In this document: piece by piece, positions 1 to 8,902 of the stretch | Numbering within the stretch: position 1 is the first letter of the stretch | How the letters are laid out: each line of letters begins with the position of its first letter | Notes under the pieces: generated by a model | What the model was told of the DNA's origin: nothing | Database searches by the model: none | The model's input: the letters and a program-made list of their open reading frames with translations, nothing else | Position numbers and translations under genes: made by a program | NCBI GenBank assembly: GCA_017533565.1 | Contig: JAFXHU010000026.1 | Coordinates: forward strand, 1,949-65,948 | Direction: 5' to 3' | Length of the DNA stretch: 64,000 bases | DNA from: Clostridia bacterium | Lineage (GTDB): Bacteria > Bacillota > Clostridia > Oscillospirales > CAG-272

Positions 1-483
1 CTTCAAATGCACGTAATTGCCGTAAAGAGATACCGTTGACGCACCCCTTGCCGCCCTTACCTCGTCGGCGTAGCGCAAGGAGGAGGTCGTGTACATTCTT
101 GCCCCGCAGGCTTTTGCAAGGTCAAGCATATATTTTGCATCCGCTACCGTAAGGGCAAAGGTTTTGTCGATAAAGGTCGGCTTTCCAAAGGGCAAAACCA
201 GCCGCGCAAGCTCGGGATGACGCTCGGGGTCGTCGGGCGCGAAAATTATAAAAGCATCGCTTTCGGCGGCAAGAGCCTCTATCTTGTCAAGGTGCTTAAA
301 GCCGTGGCTTTCGCACCAAGCCGCCGTGCCGAGAGAGCCTTCCGCGGGTGAGTCGGTAAGCGCAAAGACTCCCGCAATTTCACACTCCACGCCTACCTCG
401 TCCGCCAGCTCGCGGTATCTTTTTGCAAAGTTGTTTGCGTGCCACTCGTCGATATAAAAGTCAACGAGTCCGATTTTAATCAT
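1..483 (-). CDS. Gfo/Idh/MocA-like oxidoreductase, first 161 codons (gene runs off left window edge)
   Basis: Open frame on the - strand from ATG at 483-481 (MIKIGLVDFYIDEWHANNFAK...). ATGA overlap with the stop of the upstream gene. Absent from the ORF track because it has no in-window stop. Confidence 0.45.
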   Translation of the reverse strand, partial: MIKIGLVDFYIDEWHANNFAKRYRELADEVGVECEIAGVFALTDSPAEGSLGTAAWCESHGFKHLDKIEALAAESDAFIIFAPDDPERHPELARLVLPFGKPTFIDKTFALTVADAKYMLDLAKACGARMYTTSSLRYADEVRAARGASTVSLYGNYVHLK

Positions 484-1547
484 AGCTTTACCTCCTCTTG
501 CTTCTCTGCCGAAAGGTAAAGCGCGTCGAGAAGCTTCATACTCTCAAGGATGTTATCAACGTGGTTTTTGTTCTTGATTCCCGTTTTGATTGACTCAAGG
601 AAGGCGGAGTCCTCCTTCAAATACATATTTTCAAGCTCGTGCGTGCTTGTTTCGGTTTCAAGAGCTTCCCCGCTTGTGAGATGAAACTGTCCGCCGTAAT
701 CGAGTCGCGCGCCCTTTTTGTCACCGAGAAAATCGATATAAAGCTCGTCGCGCTCTACGTTTTGCGCCCAAGCGCCCGAAAGCGAAATTGTCGCCTTGTC
801 CGTGCGGACGTGCGCGGTGACGAAGTCCTCTACGTCGTTTGTTCCGCCTTCAACGTCGGAGGTGTCCTCCGCCCACATACCGCGGTATCTGTATGTCTTC
901 ATATCCTTTGCCATTTCGGAGTAGGTCGTGGCACTTGCGGTTTTGATTTTTGCACCGCCGAGAACGTAAAGAATGAGGTCCACGAAATGAATGCCCCAGT
1001 CTATAAGCACGCCGCCGCCCGACTGTGCCTTCGTTGTGAATGCGCCGCCGAGTCCGGGAATGCTTCTGAAGGCGCGGAAGGAGCAATGAACGTGATAAAT
1101 GCTGCCAAATTCGCCGTTTTTATTCATTTCGCAAAGTCGCTCTACCGAGGATTGATAACGGTTGCAAACTCCGATATTGAGGATTTTGTTTTGCCTTTTT
1201 GCCTCGTTTGCCATTTCAACCGAAAGGGCGTAGCTTGTGGTGACGGGCTTTTCGCACATAACGTGCTTTCCCGCCTTAAGCGCGTCCATTGTAACCGTGT
1301 AATGCGCGTAGTTTGGTGTGAGAACCATTACCGCCGCGACCTCGGGGTCGGCAAGCGCGATTTTGTAATCGGTTATTACCTCTCCGACGAGGGAGGGGTA
1401 TTTTTCCTTCATTGCCTCCGCCTTCTCGGGGATAAGGTCGCAGGCGTATTTTACGTACACGCCCTCGATTTGTGAAAGCGCGGGAAAGTGCGCTCCCTGT
1501 GCAATTCTTCCGCAGCCGATGACCGCTATTACCGTTTTGTCGGACAT
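480..1547 (-). CDS. Gfo/Idh/MocA family NAD(P)-dependent oxidoreductase
   Basis: 355 aa. N-terminal Rossmann motif VIGCGRIAQ, EKP motif (MCEKPV), GGAGG RBS before the ATG. Confidence 0.85.
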   Translation of the reverse strand: MSDKTVIAVIGCGRIAQGAHFPALSQIEGVYVKYACDLIPEKAEAMKEKYPSLVGEVITDYKIALADPEVAAVMVLTPNYAHYTVTMDALKAGKHVMCEKPVTTSYALSVEMANEAKRQNKILNIGVCNRYQSSVERLCEMNKNGEFGSIYHVHCSFRAFRSIPGLGGAFTTKAQSGGGVLIDWGIHFVDLILYVLGGAKIKTASATTYSEMAKDMKTYRYRGMWAEDTSDVEGGTNDVEDFVTAHVRTDKATISLSGAWAQNVERDELYIDFLGDKKGARLDYGGQFHLTSGEALETETSTHELENMYLKEDSAFLESIKTGIKNKNHVDNILESMKLLDALYLSAEKQEEVKL

Positions 1548-1755
1548 AAAAGCCTCCTTTTTGTATGTAGCCTATACGCGAATATTTTTGTATAACCGCA
1601 ATTTAATTGTAGCATTTGCCGCGCAAGATGTAAATGGCATATCTAACTTTAAAATTTAGCATTTTTTAATATTTTTCCGTAAATATACGGCAAAAAATTG
1701 CATTTTTGTTGACTTTATTTCTGCCAAGTGGTAAACTTTATTCGGGAGGTGCGCT

Positions 1756-2619
1756 ATGAACAAGGCAAAATACCATATCAATTATTCCCGCGTCGGCGGC
1801 GAGCCGCTGGAGCTTGGGGATTACCTTCTTTACCAGGTGGGGCGTATGTATTGCGAGGCGGGCGGTGAAATTTTGCAGCATCGGCACGGGGAGCTTTTGG
1901 AGCTTACGGTTGTTACGGGCGGGTCGGGAAGCATTACCGTCGGTACGGAGGAAATTGCCGTTGCGGGCGGCTTTATACACGCCTCGTTCGTTGGAGAGCT
2001 TCACGCGATAAGGTCGAGCGAGAGCGACCCGCTTTGCTACGATTTCGTTTCCTTTTGGGCAAGGGGCGAAGAGCTTTCACGGATTAAATCGCTGATTGAC
2101 GGGTGTATCGCATCGGGTAAGCGAGGCTTTTCCGACGGGCGGGTTGCAAGACTTGTTACCTATATGATAGAGGAGTCGATGGAGACGGAATTAAATACGG
2201 AGGCGCTTTCCGCACTCGTTCGGCTCGTGCTTTTATATACCGAGCGCGCGCTTAAAGGAGAGGGTGAGGTGAGTCTTAACGTAAGAGCCGCGGACAGCAT
2301 TTGCTTTCGCGTGATGCGATACGTCGATGCGAATTTGTTTGACATATCCTCGCTTGAGGAGGTGGCGGGGGCTATGAATTACAGCTACGGCTACCTTTCC
2401 TCGCTTTTCAGTCGGACGACGGGACGCACGCTTACCGAGTATTACACCGAGAGAAGATTTGCCGCGGCACAGAGCCTGCTCCTTTCGGGAGTGCGGGCAA
2501 TGGAGGTTGCATCTCGCCTCGGCTTTTCGTCGGTCTATACCTTCAGTCGGGCATATAAAAACCGCTTCGGCTATCCGCCAACGAAAACAAGGGAGATAAA
2601 AAGAGCCACCCCGTGTTAA
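1756..2619 (+). CDS. AraC family transcriptional regulator (cupin N-domain plus C-terminal HTH)
   Basis: 287 aa. C-terminal AraC-type HTH (YLSSLFSRTTGRTLTEYYTERRF...GFSSVYTFSRAYKNRFGYPP). GGGAGG RBS. Confidence 0.85.
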   Translation: MNKAKYHINYSRVGGEPLELGDYLLYQVGRMYCEAGGEILQHRHGELLELTVVTGGSGSITVGTEEIAVAGGFIHASFVGELHAIRSSESDPLCYDFVSFWARGEELSRIKSLIDGCIASGKRGFSDGRVARLVTYMIEESMETELNTEALSALVRLVLLYTERALKGEGEVSLNVRAADSICFRVMRYVDANLFDISSLEEVAGAMNYSYGYLSSLFSRTTGRTLTEYYTERRFAAAQSLLLSGVRAMEVASRLGFSSVYTFSRAYKNRFGYPPTKTREIKRATPC

Positions 2620-2789
2620 ATTTTTGGTGGATCTTGCGGATATTTTTTATCTGCCGATTAAAACGGGCGGCGGCTTTGATGTAAACAATTATATACAAAA
2701 CGCGGGCGCATTTGCGCCCGCGTTTTTCGTTCCCTTTTATGCCTGCCCGAAACGGTGCGGATAAAAAGGGAAGAATAAAGCTTTTACGG

Positions 2790-5663
2790 TTAAAGCTCTA
2801 TGATTTTGGAAAGGTTTAGACCTTCGAGCAGCTCGCGCGGTGCTGCAATCACGGGGATTGCACTCTCGGTGGCTTCTTCAAGCATATTTGTAAGGTGCAA
2901 AAGGTCCTCCCGCGAGGTGTGAAGCGCCTCATTACGTCTTGCGAGAATATCCTCTCTGCTCTTTCCCGAAAGGTAGTGCGTATTTGCAAGCTCTCCCTCG
3001 CTTCTCGGCGTTGACACGGCTTCAAGCGAGCCTACGGTGCCGATAATATAGCGCGTAAGGTCGGGGGACTCCGCAACGAAATCGCGTATCATATCGGGTA
3101 CGGATTTAAAGGTGTCAAGGCTTGCCGTCGGGTTGGGGTCGCGGTAGGAATAGTAGCCCGTCGTGCCACTATTGCCTCGGCAGATAAAGCCCGTGCCGTA
3201 GGCTCCGCCCTTTACCCTGATTTCATTCCACAAAAGCTCGTAATCGAGAATAGTGCCGAGCGTCATAAAAGAGCCGTGATATTCCGTGTGCGCCTCGGTG
3301 ATATAATTCGTGACGAGGGTGGCAAAGGATACAGGCGCGGGAATGGCAATACCGACTGATTCACGCGGAAATTTCTTTATTGGCGAAGGCTTTGCAGGAC
3401 CTCCGCCCTCGCGCACCAAGCCGATAACGGCGTCGGCAAAATCCAAATCGGATTCACCCGTAATCGACACGGTAAGGCGGGAGCGTGTTAAATATTTTTC
3501 GGTAATTTCGGTAAATTTTTGAAGAAGCCGACCCTCTTCGTTCTCCTTTTCAAGCCGTTTTAATTCAAGAAAGAAGCTTATTCCTCCCTTGATTTCCTTT
3601 ACTGCCTCGTATTCGTCAAACGCCGCCGCACCAAGTCCGATACAGCTCCCGGGGGCGGAGGAGGGAAGAGCCTCCTTTGCGTAGGTGACGTTTTGGAGAA
3701 TTTTCCTTTTTAAAACCGTGGGGTCGTCGTATTTTCTGCCGTAAATCAGCTCGGGCAAAAGACCGAGCGCCTGCCGCTTGTTGCTGTCAAGAAGCGAGAG
3801 GGAAAGCTGTAAATACAGCCTTGGCTTTCCGTCCTTTTTGAATGCGGAGAGTCGCGGTGAAAAGCAGCCGAGCGTGGATTTTACCGCAATTCGCATCGCC
3901 TCCGCACCGTGACTGTGGGTGTCAAAATCGGTTTGCGACATCGTCATAAGGCTTGCCGCGACAACGTCCTCTCGGTCAAGGTCGGTAACGTCGAAAAACA
4001 AATCGACGTAGGATATTCCGCTTGTCGGAAGGGGGTGTAAAATTACCCTCGCGCCGAGTCTTTCGGTTGCTTTCGTCGGCGTTTCCTTCGGCGGGTCGGA
4101 AAGGTCGGAAATTTCAAGAGTCGGTATCGTTGCAATTGCCTCTGCGGTGTCGGGCGTAGCCTGCCATACCTCAAAAGCCTCGTATTTGTCAACAATTATT
4201 TGTTTTTCCCCCTCGGAGAGGCTTCGCTTAAGGCTTTGAAGCTCCGCCATTTCCCTTTTTGCATTTTCCTTTTCCGCGTTGGAGGACGGACGAAGCAGGA
4301 GCATACGCTCCTCGCCCTTGAAAACCGCCCTCAAAGCCTCGATGTAGTGGGGCGTGTTAAGCTTTGAGCGCAAAAATGTAAACAATTCGTTATATTTTAA
4401 GCCGAGCGTGGGGTAGTCGCCGCACACGGCGTCCTCCATAACCGAGGACATATAAACCATTCCGCGGGGGTAGCTGCCGTAATCAGCCTCCCTCGTTTGA
4501 AATTCCGCGGCGTTGAGATTTGCAAAAAGCTTCTCGGGGTCAAGGCTTTCGGACAAAAGCTTCGCGAGGGTGCGCCTGTAAAGCGAAATCAGCTCCTCCT
4601 CGCAGCCGTCCTTTACGTCGGTAAATCTCGTAACGAAAACGGGATATTTCATACCCGAAATCGGGTAGAAGGAAAAGTTTTTGCAAAGCCCGCTATCAAG
4701 CATAGCCTTTTTAAGCGGGGCGGAATTAACGTCGGCAAGCGAGTCCGCCGCAAGCGAAATCGAATAAAAGCCCGCCTTGTCGGAGTGAGAGCCAAACCTC
4801 GTTAAAAGGATAATGCGGGTTGCGTCCACCTCCTCCTCCTTGCTTCCGACGGGGTATTCAACCTCGAGCCTTTGCGCCGCTGTCGGCCTGCCCTCGGGGA
4901 TTTCGGTAAAGCATTCGCTTTTTTCGTAGCCTTCAAGATAGGAGTTTATTTTCCCGAGGACGGGGTCAAGCTCCACCGAGCCGTCAAGAAAGATAATCGC
5001 GTTTGACGGGTGGTAATATTTTTTGTGCGCCGCCTTGAAATCCCCGTAGGTTAGCTTCGGAATTGAGCTTGGATTTCCGCCGCTGTCAAAGCCGTAGCAC
5101 CCACCCTCAAACAAGAGCCTTCCCTCGTAATATGCCGAAAGCTCGTCGGGGGAGGAGTACGCGCCGCGCATCTCGTTAAAAACTATGCCGTTTCGCGAAA
5201 GCTCTCCGTCCTCGCCGAATTCAAGGCGGTGACCCTCCTGCAAAAATATATTCTCGTTTTCAAGCGCGAGGGGGTGAAGCACCGCGTCGAGATAAACGTC
5301 AACGAGGTCAAGAAACGCCTTTTTGTTAAGGCTTGATACCGGATAAACCGTTCTTTCTCCGTAGGTAAAGGCGTTGAGGAAGGTGTTTACCGACCCCTTC
5401 AAAAGCTCGGAAAACGGGTCCTTTACGGGGTATTTTTCGGAGCCGCACAGCACCGAATGCTCGAGTATATGAAACACGCCCGTGTCGTCGGTCGGAACGG
5501 TGCGAAAGCCGATGGCAAAGGTCATATTCTCGTCCTGTCTGTCAAGGAAGAAAAGGGGTGTCCCCGTTTTTTCGTGTGCGTATTCGACAAGCGTTGCCGC
5601 CTGCTCGGGGCATTCGGTTGCTTTTTTAAGCACGAAGCCGTGTAGATTACTGTAATTTTTCAT
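2790..5663 (-). CDS. M16C insulinase-family metallopeptidase (PreP-like)
   Basis: HxxEH zinc motif (HILEHSVLCGSEKYP), about 957 aa, typical M16C length. Start moved to MKNYSNLHGF at 5663, because the 5664-5750 extension is Arg/Lys-rich noise. Confidence 0.85.
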   Translation of the reverse strand: MKNYSNLHGFVLKKATECPEQAATLVEYAHEKTGTPLFFLDRQDENMTFAIGFRTVPTDDTGVFHILEHSVLCGSEKYPVKDPFSELLKGSVNTFLNAFTYGERTVYPVSSLNKKAFLDLVDVYLDAVLHPLALENENIFLQEGHRLEFGEDGELSRNGIVFNEMRGAYSSPDELSAYYEGRLLFEGGCYGFDSGGNPSSIPKLTYGDFKAAHKKYYHPSNAIIFLDGSVELDPVLGKINSYLEGYEKSECFTEIPEGRPTAAQRLEVEYPVGSKEEEVDATRIILLTRFGSHSDKAGFYSISLAADSLADVNSAPLKKAMLDSGLCKNFSFYPISGMKYPVFVTRFTDVKDGCEEELISLYRRTLAKLLSESLDPEKLFANLNAAEFQTREADYGSYPRGMVYMSSVMEDAVCGDYPTLGLKYNELFTFLRSKLNTPHYIEALRAVFKGEERMLLLRPSSNAEKENAKREMAELQSLKRSLSEGEKQIIVDKYEAFEVWQATPDTAEAIATIPTLEISDLSDPPKETPTKATERLGARVILHPLPTSGISYVDLFFDVTDLDREDVVAASLMTMSQTDFDTHSHGAEAMRIAVKSTLGCFSPRLSAFKKDGKPRLYLQLSLSLLDSNKRQALGLLPELIYGRKYDDPTVLKRKILQNVTYAKEALPSSAPGSCIGLGAAAFDEYEAVKEIKGGISFFLELKRLEKENEEGRLLQKFTEITEKYLTRSRLTVSITGESDLDFADAVIGLVREGGGPAKPSPIKKFPRESVGIAIPAPVSFATLVTNYITEAHTEYHGSFMTLGTILDYELLWNEIRVKGGAYGTGFICRGNSGTTGYYSYRDPNPTASLDTFKSVPDMIRDFVAESPDLTRYIIGTVGSLEAVSTPRSEGELANTHYLSGKSREDILARRNEALHTSREDLLHLTNMLEEATESAIPVIAAPRELLEGLNLSKIIEL

Positions 5664-5980
5664 AAAACCGTCCGTTTTTCTTTGTTTTTTACCATTACGG
5701 TACGCTTCGTACCGTCTTTGCTTTTTCAAAATTCGGGAGCGCGGCGGCATTTCGCCCGTCCATGCCGTATATAAAGTATCATTACAATATACCTTTTTAT
5801 ATTATATCATTCCTACCGTATAAAGTCAATATATGACGGAACAGAGCCGTAATTTTACCGCCCGACCTTTCTTTGGCTTTGGCTTTTGTACATTCGGTCG
5901 GATTTTTACCCGTCTTTCGCGGATTTTTTGAATACGGCACCGCACTTTTGCCATAATATATTCGGGCAGGAAAAAAATAA

Positions 5981-5997
5981 TTTAGAATTATTCTAAA
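5981..5997. promoter_or_regulatory. Fur/PerR-box-like perfect palindrome TTTAGAAT-T-ATTCTAAA
   Basis: 8-1-8 perfect inverted repeat, 18 bp upstream of the -35 of the Fur-family gene promoter. Confidence 0.45.
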
Positions 5998-6014
5998 AAA
6001 ATTCATAAAACCTA

Positions 6015-6043
6015 TTGACAAGCGGCGGCTTGGTGTGTATAAT
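6015..6043 (+). promoter_or_regulatory. Sigma-A promoter of the Fur-family/rubrerythrin unit
   Basis: TTGACA (6015-6020), 17-bp spacer, TATAAT (6038-6043). Confidence 0.6.
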
Positions 6044-6046
6044 GTA

Positions 6047-6063
6047 TTTAGAAAGCTTCTAAA
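6047..6063. promoter_or_regulatory. Second Fur/PerR-box-like inverted repeat TTTAGAA-AGC-TTCTAAA
   Basis: 7-3-7 inverted repeat immediately downstream of the -10 box. It shares the TTAGAA half-site with the 5981 box. Confidence 0.4.
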
Positions 6064-6081
6064 AAATTCGGAGGATGCGCG

Positions 6082-6447
6082 ATGACAAAGCAAAGAGCAA
6101 CAATACTCGACATTGTTCGCTCGGACAAGGCACACCACACCGCCGAAGAAATTTATCATATTGCGAACGAAAGGCTTGGCGGAATATCGCTTGCAACCGT
6201 TTACAACAATCTTCACGCGCTGGAGGAGGCGGGGCTGATAAGGCGAATTACCGCGGAGCATTTTGCGGACAGATATGATAGCTCGTTTGTACCTCACGGT
6301 CATTTGATATGCGAAAGATGCGAGAGAGTTACCGACTTTAACATCGACGGATTTGAAGCGCTTTTGTCCGATGCAATCGGAAATTCCTTTTCCTCTTATG
6401 AGTTAAAGGTACGGCATTTATGCACTAAATGCAGAGAAAACGCATAA
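6082..6447 (+). CDS. Fur family transcriptional repressor (PerR-like by context)
   Basis: 121 aa. Winged-helix N-domain ([11 protein letters not shown]...[16 protein letters not shown]), C-terminal CxxC...CxxC. Sits directly upstream of rubrerythrin. Confidence 0.8.
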   Translation: MTKQRATILDIVRSDKAHHTAEEIYHIANERLGGISLATVYNNLHALEEAGLIRRITAEHFADRYDSSFVPHGHLICERCERVTDFNIDGFEALLSDAIGNSFSSYELKVRHLCTKCRENA

Positions 6448-6487
6448 CACTTTTAAAAAACATATAAATTCAAAGGAGAATTTTAAA

Positions 6488-7021
6488 ATGAATCTCAAGG
6501 GAACAAAAACCGAACAAAATCTTATGACCGCGTTTGCGGGCGAGTCGCAGGCAAGAAACAAGTACACCTACTTTGCTTCCGTTGCAAAGAAGGAGGGCTA
6601 CGAGCAGATTGCCGCAATCTTCCTCCAGACCGCAGATAACGAGAAGGAGCATGCAAAGCTCTGGTTCAAGGCACTTGGCGGACTTGGTGATACCGCGGCT
6701 AACCTTGCCGCAGCTGCAGAGGGCGAGAACTACGAGTGGACCGAAATGTACGACCAGTTTGCAAAGGACGCAGAGGAGGAGGGCTTCAAGGCTCTCGCTT
6801 ACCAGTTCCGCGCAGTGGCGGCAATCGAAAAGGCACACGAGGAAAGATATCGCGCACTCCTTAACAACGTGGAGATGAAGCAGGTGTTCGAGAAGGGCGA
6901 AATGGCAATGTGGGAGTGCCGCAACTGCGGTCACCTCGTAATGGGTACAAAAGCACCCGCTGTATGCCCCGTTTGCGCACATCCCCAGGCATATTTTGAA
7001 ATCAGAAAAGAGAATTACTAA
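6488..7021 (+). CDS. rbr: Rubrerythrin
   Basis: 177 aa. Diiron four-helix motifs (ExxH x2) and a C-terminal rubredoxin-like CRNCG...CPVC. Confidence 0.9.
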   Translation: MNLKGTKTEQNLMTAFAGESQARNKYTYFASVAKKEGYEQIAAIFLQTADNEKEHAKLWFKALGGLGDTAANLAAAAEGENYEWTEMYDQFAKDAEEEGFKALAYQFRAVAAIEKAHEERYRALLNNVEMKQVFEKGEMAMWECRNCGHLVMGTKAPAVCPVCAHPQAYFEIRKENY

Positions 7022-7042
7022 TACCCGAAACGGGTAATTTGA

Positions 7043-7072
7043 ACACCGCCGAGCAATCGGCGGTGTTTTTTT
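7043..7072 (+). terminator. Intrinsic terminator after rbr
   Basis: ACACCGCCGA / TCGGCGGTGT stem followed by a T-run. Confidence 0.75.
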
Positions 7073-7241
7073 CTGTTAAATAACAAAAATCGGAAGAATA
7101 TCCCCGAACAATATTCCTGTAAAGCATAGATATTTTGCCGATAGCAGGGCAAAATGCTGCCGATAGAGAATTCAAAGCGGATAAAAAAACGCGATATCCG
7201 TTTTGCATAAATTAAGCCCGCCCTTTTGACAAAGGCGGGTT

Positions 7242-7487
7242 TTATGCATCTATTTCCAAGCTATCCGACCCGAAAATCTCGTCGTCAAGAAATTCGGAAA
7301 GAGTCATACCAAAGCCCCTTGCGATAAGGATAACCGTGCTCAAGGTTACCGTTTTGTTGCGTCCGTTCATTATGCATTGCATACTTCCGTGCTGGATGCC
7401 CGACGCTTGCTCAAGGCGGTATTGTGATATTCCTTTTTCCTTTAAAAGCGCCGTAATGCGCCTCGCCACCGCATCGTTAACAGTCAA
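7242..7487 (-). CDS. XRE family HTH transcriptional regulator
   Basis: 81 aa. HTH_3-like ISQYRLEQASGIQHGSMQCIMNGRNKTVTLSTVILIARGFGMTLSEFL. TTG start. Confidence 0.8.
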   Translation of the reverse strand: MTVNDAVARRITALLKEKGISQYRLEQASGIQHGSMQCIMNGRNKTVTLSTVILIARGFGMTLSEFLDDEIFGSDSLEIDA

Positions 7488-7582
7488 GACGGTATACCTC
7501 TCTAAAAAAGTGTGTAGATTTACCTACATATTTATTTTAGCAAGTAAAATGCAAAAATATAAGAAGGTACACCTACATACTG

Positions 7583-7611
7583 TTGATTTTTTCGGCAGGA
7601 CTTGTTATAAT
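7583..7611 (+). promoter_or_regulatory. Promoter of the SLOG-family gene
   Basis: TTGATT, 17-bp spacer, TATAAT (7606-7611). Confidence 0.5.
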
Positions 7612-7630
7612 ATGTAGGTACACCTACATA
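7611..7630. promoter_or_regulatory. Operator-like perfect palindrome TATGTAGGT-AC-ACCTACATA
   Basis: 9-2-9 perfect inverted repeat that starts at the last base of the -10 box. The half-site ACCTACATA recurs at 7522-7530 and 7571-7579. Confidence 0.5.
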
Positions 7631-7647
7631 AAAAAGGGGGGGAGATT

Positions 7648-8106
7648 ATGAAAATTGCATTTTTCGGACATTCCTGCTTTCAAGCGAGCGAGGCTCTTGC
7701 AAAACAGTTGGTTTCTCTTTTGGAGTGCGTGACGGGCGAGAGGGAGGTGGAATTTTATCTCGGAGGATATGGCGAATTTGATGATTTTGCACTTGAATGC
7801 TGTAAAACGTATAGGTCATCACACAAGAACGCGTCATTGGTATTCGTAACACCGTATATCACCCATAGCTATCAAAAGCTTCACGGCCTGAACAAGGTCT
7901 TTGACTACATTATTTACCCCGAAATCGAGGACAAACCAAAGCGATTTGCTATAACCTACCGCAATAGATGGATGGTTGAGAGCGCGGATTTTGTTATATG
8001 CGCCATATCACAGCATCGCGGCGGTGCGTATCAAGCGTTTCGTTATGCTGTTCGGCTGGGAAAACCCATTTACAACCTCCTTTTGACGCCGGAAAACGGT
8101 CTATAA
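7648..8106 (+). CDS. SLOG/DUF1273 (YpsA/YoqJ-like) family protein
   Basis: 152 aa. MKIAFFGHS..., LGGYGEFDDFA and FVTPY pattern resembles the DUF1273 Rossmann-like fold. Divergent from the XRE regulator. Confidence 0.55.
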   Translation: MKIAFFGHSCFQASEALAKQLVSLLECVTGEREVEFYLGGYGEFDDFALECCKTYRSSHKNASLVFVTPYITHSYQKLHGLNKVFDYIIYPEIEDKPKRFAITYRNRWMVESADFVICAISQHRGGAYQAFRYAVRLGKPIYNLLLTPENGL

Positions 8107-8209
8107 AAAGCCACATAATAATATTTAACCTTTCAATTATTGATTTATATTTTATTTTGTGTTAAAATAGGTAGGAAGGAATTTCGGCTGTGCCGTTTTG
8201 GGAGGAAAT

Positions 8210-8902
8210 ATGAAAATTCTCGTTGTTGACGATGAAAAGGATATAAGAGAGATTTTAAGGCTTTTGCTCGAGAATGCGGGCTACGAGGTTTTGGAGGCAC
8301 AGGACGGTGTCGCTGCGGTCGGACTGCTTGGCGAGGACCGCGGCGTTGACCTCGTTATTATGGATATAATGATGCCGCGTATGTCGGGCGTGGAGGCTAC
8401 CGAAAAAATTCGCGCCTTTTCCACCGTGCCCGTGCTTTTTCTTACGGCAAAGAGCTTTGACTCGGATAAAAGCTCCGCATACAACGCGGGCGGCGACGAC
8501 TATCTCGTAAAGCCGTTTTCCGCTCCCGAGCTTTTGATGAAGGTCGATGCTCTTACGCGCAGATACAACACCTACGGAGCAAAGGAAAGCGAGAATACCG
8601 AGGCAATCCGACTCGCGGGCGGGGTGGTGCTTTTCCCCGAAAAGCGCGAGGTTATGAAAAACGGAGAGCAAATAGAGCTTCGCGACAAGGAATACGAGGT
8701 GCTTGTTTATCTCGTTAAAAACCGCGGTAGGGTGGTTGGTGCGGACGAGCTTTACGAGGCGGTTTGGGGCGAGATGTCACTCCCGTCCTCCTCCAACAAT
8801 ATTACGGTACATATCCTCAATCTTCGCAGAAAGCTTGAGGACAATTCCTCATCGCCAAAGGTTATAAGGACGGTGTGGGGAAAGGGTTATCAGGTGGACT
8901 GA
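8210..8902 (+). CDS. OmpR-family response regulator
   Basis: REC domain (MKILVVDDEKDI...DIMMP...K) plus winged-helix Trans_reg_C (TVWGKGYQV). ATG at 8210 follows a GGAGG. Confidence 0.9.
   Translation: MKILVVDDEKDIREILRLLLENAGYEVLEAQDGVAAVGLLGEDRGVDLVIMDIMMPRMSGVEATEKIRAFSTVPVLFLTAKSFDSDKSSAYNAGGDDYLVKPFSAPELLMKVDALTRRYNTYGAKESENTEAIRLAGGVVLFPEKREVMKNGEQIELRDKEYEVLVYLVKNRGRVVGADELYEAVWGEMSLPSSSNNITVHILNLRRKLEDNSSSPKVIRTVWGKGYQVD

Noticed and set aside
7002-7208. 68-aa - strand ORF between rbr and the XRE gene
   Set aside because: It overlaps the rbr terminator and the rbr 3' end. It has no RBS and no recognisable features.
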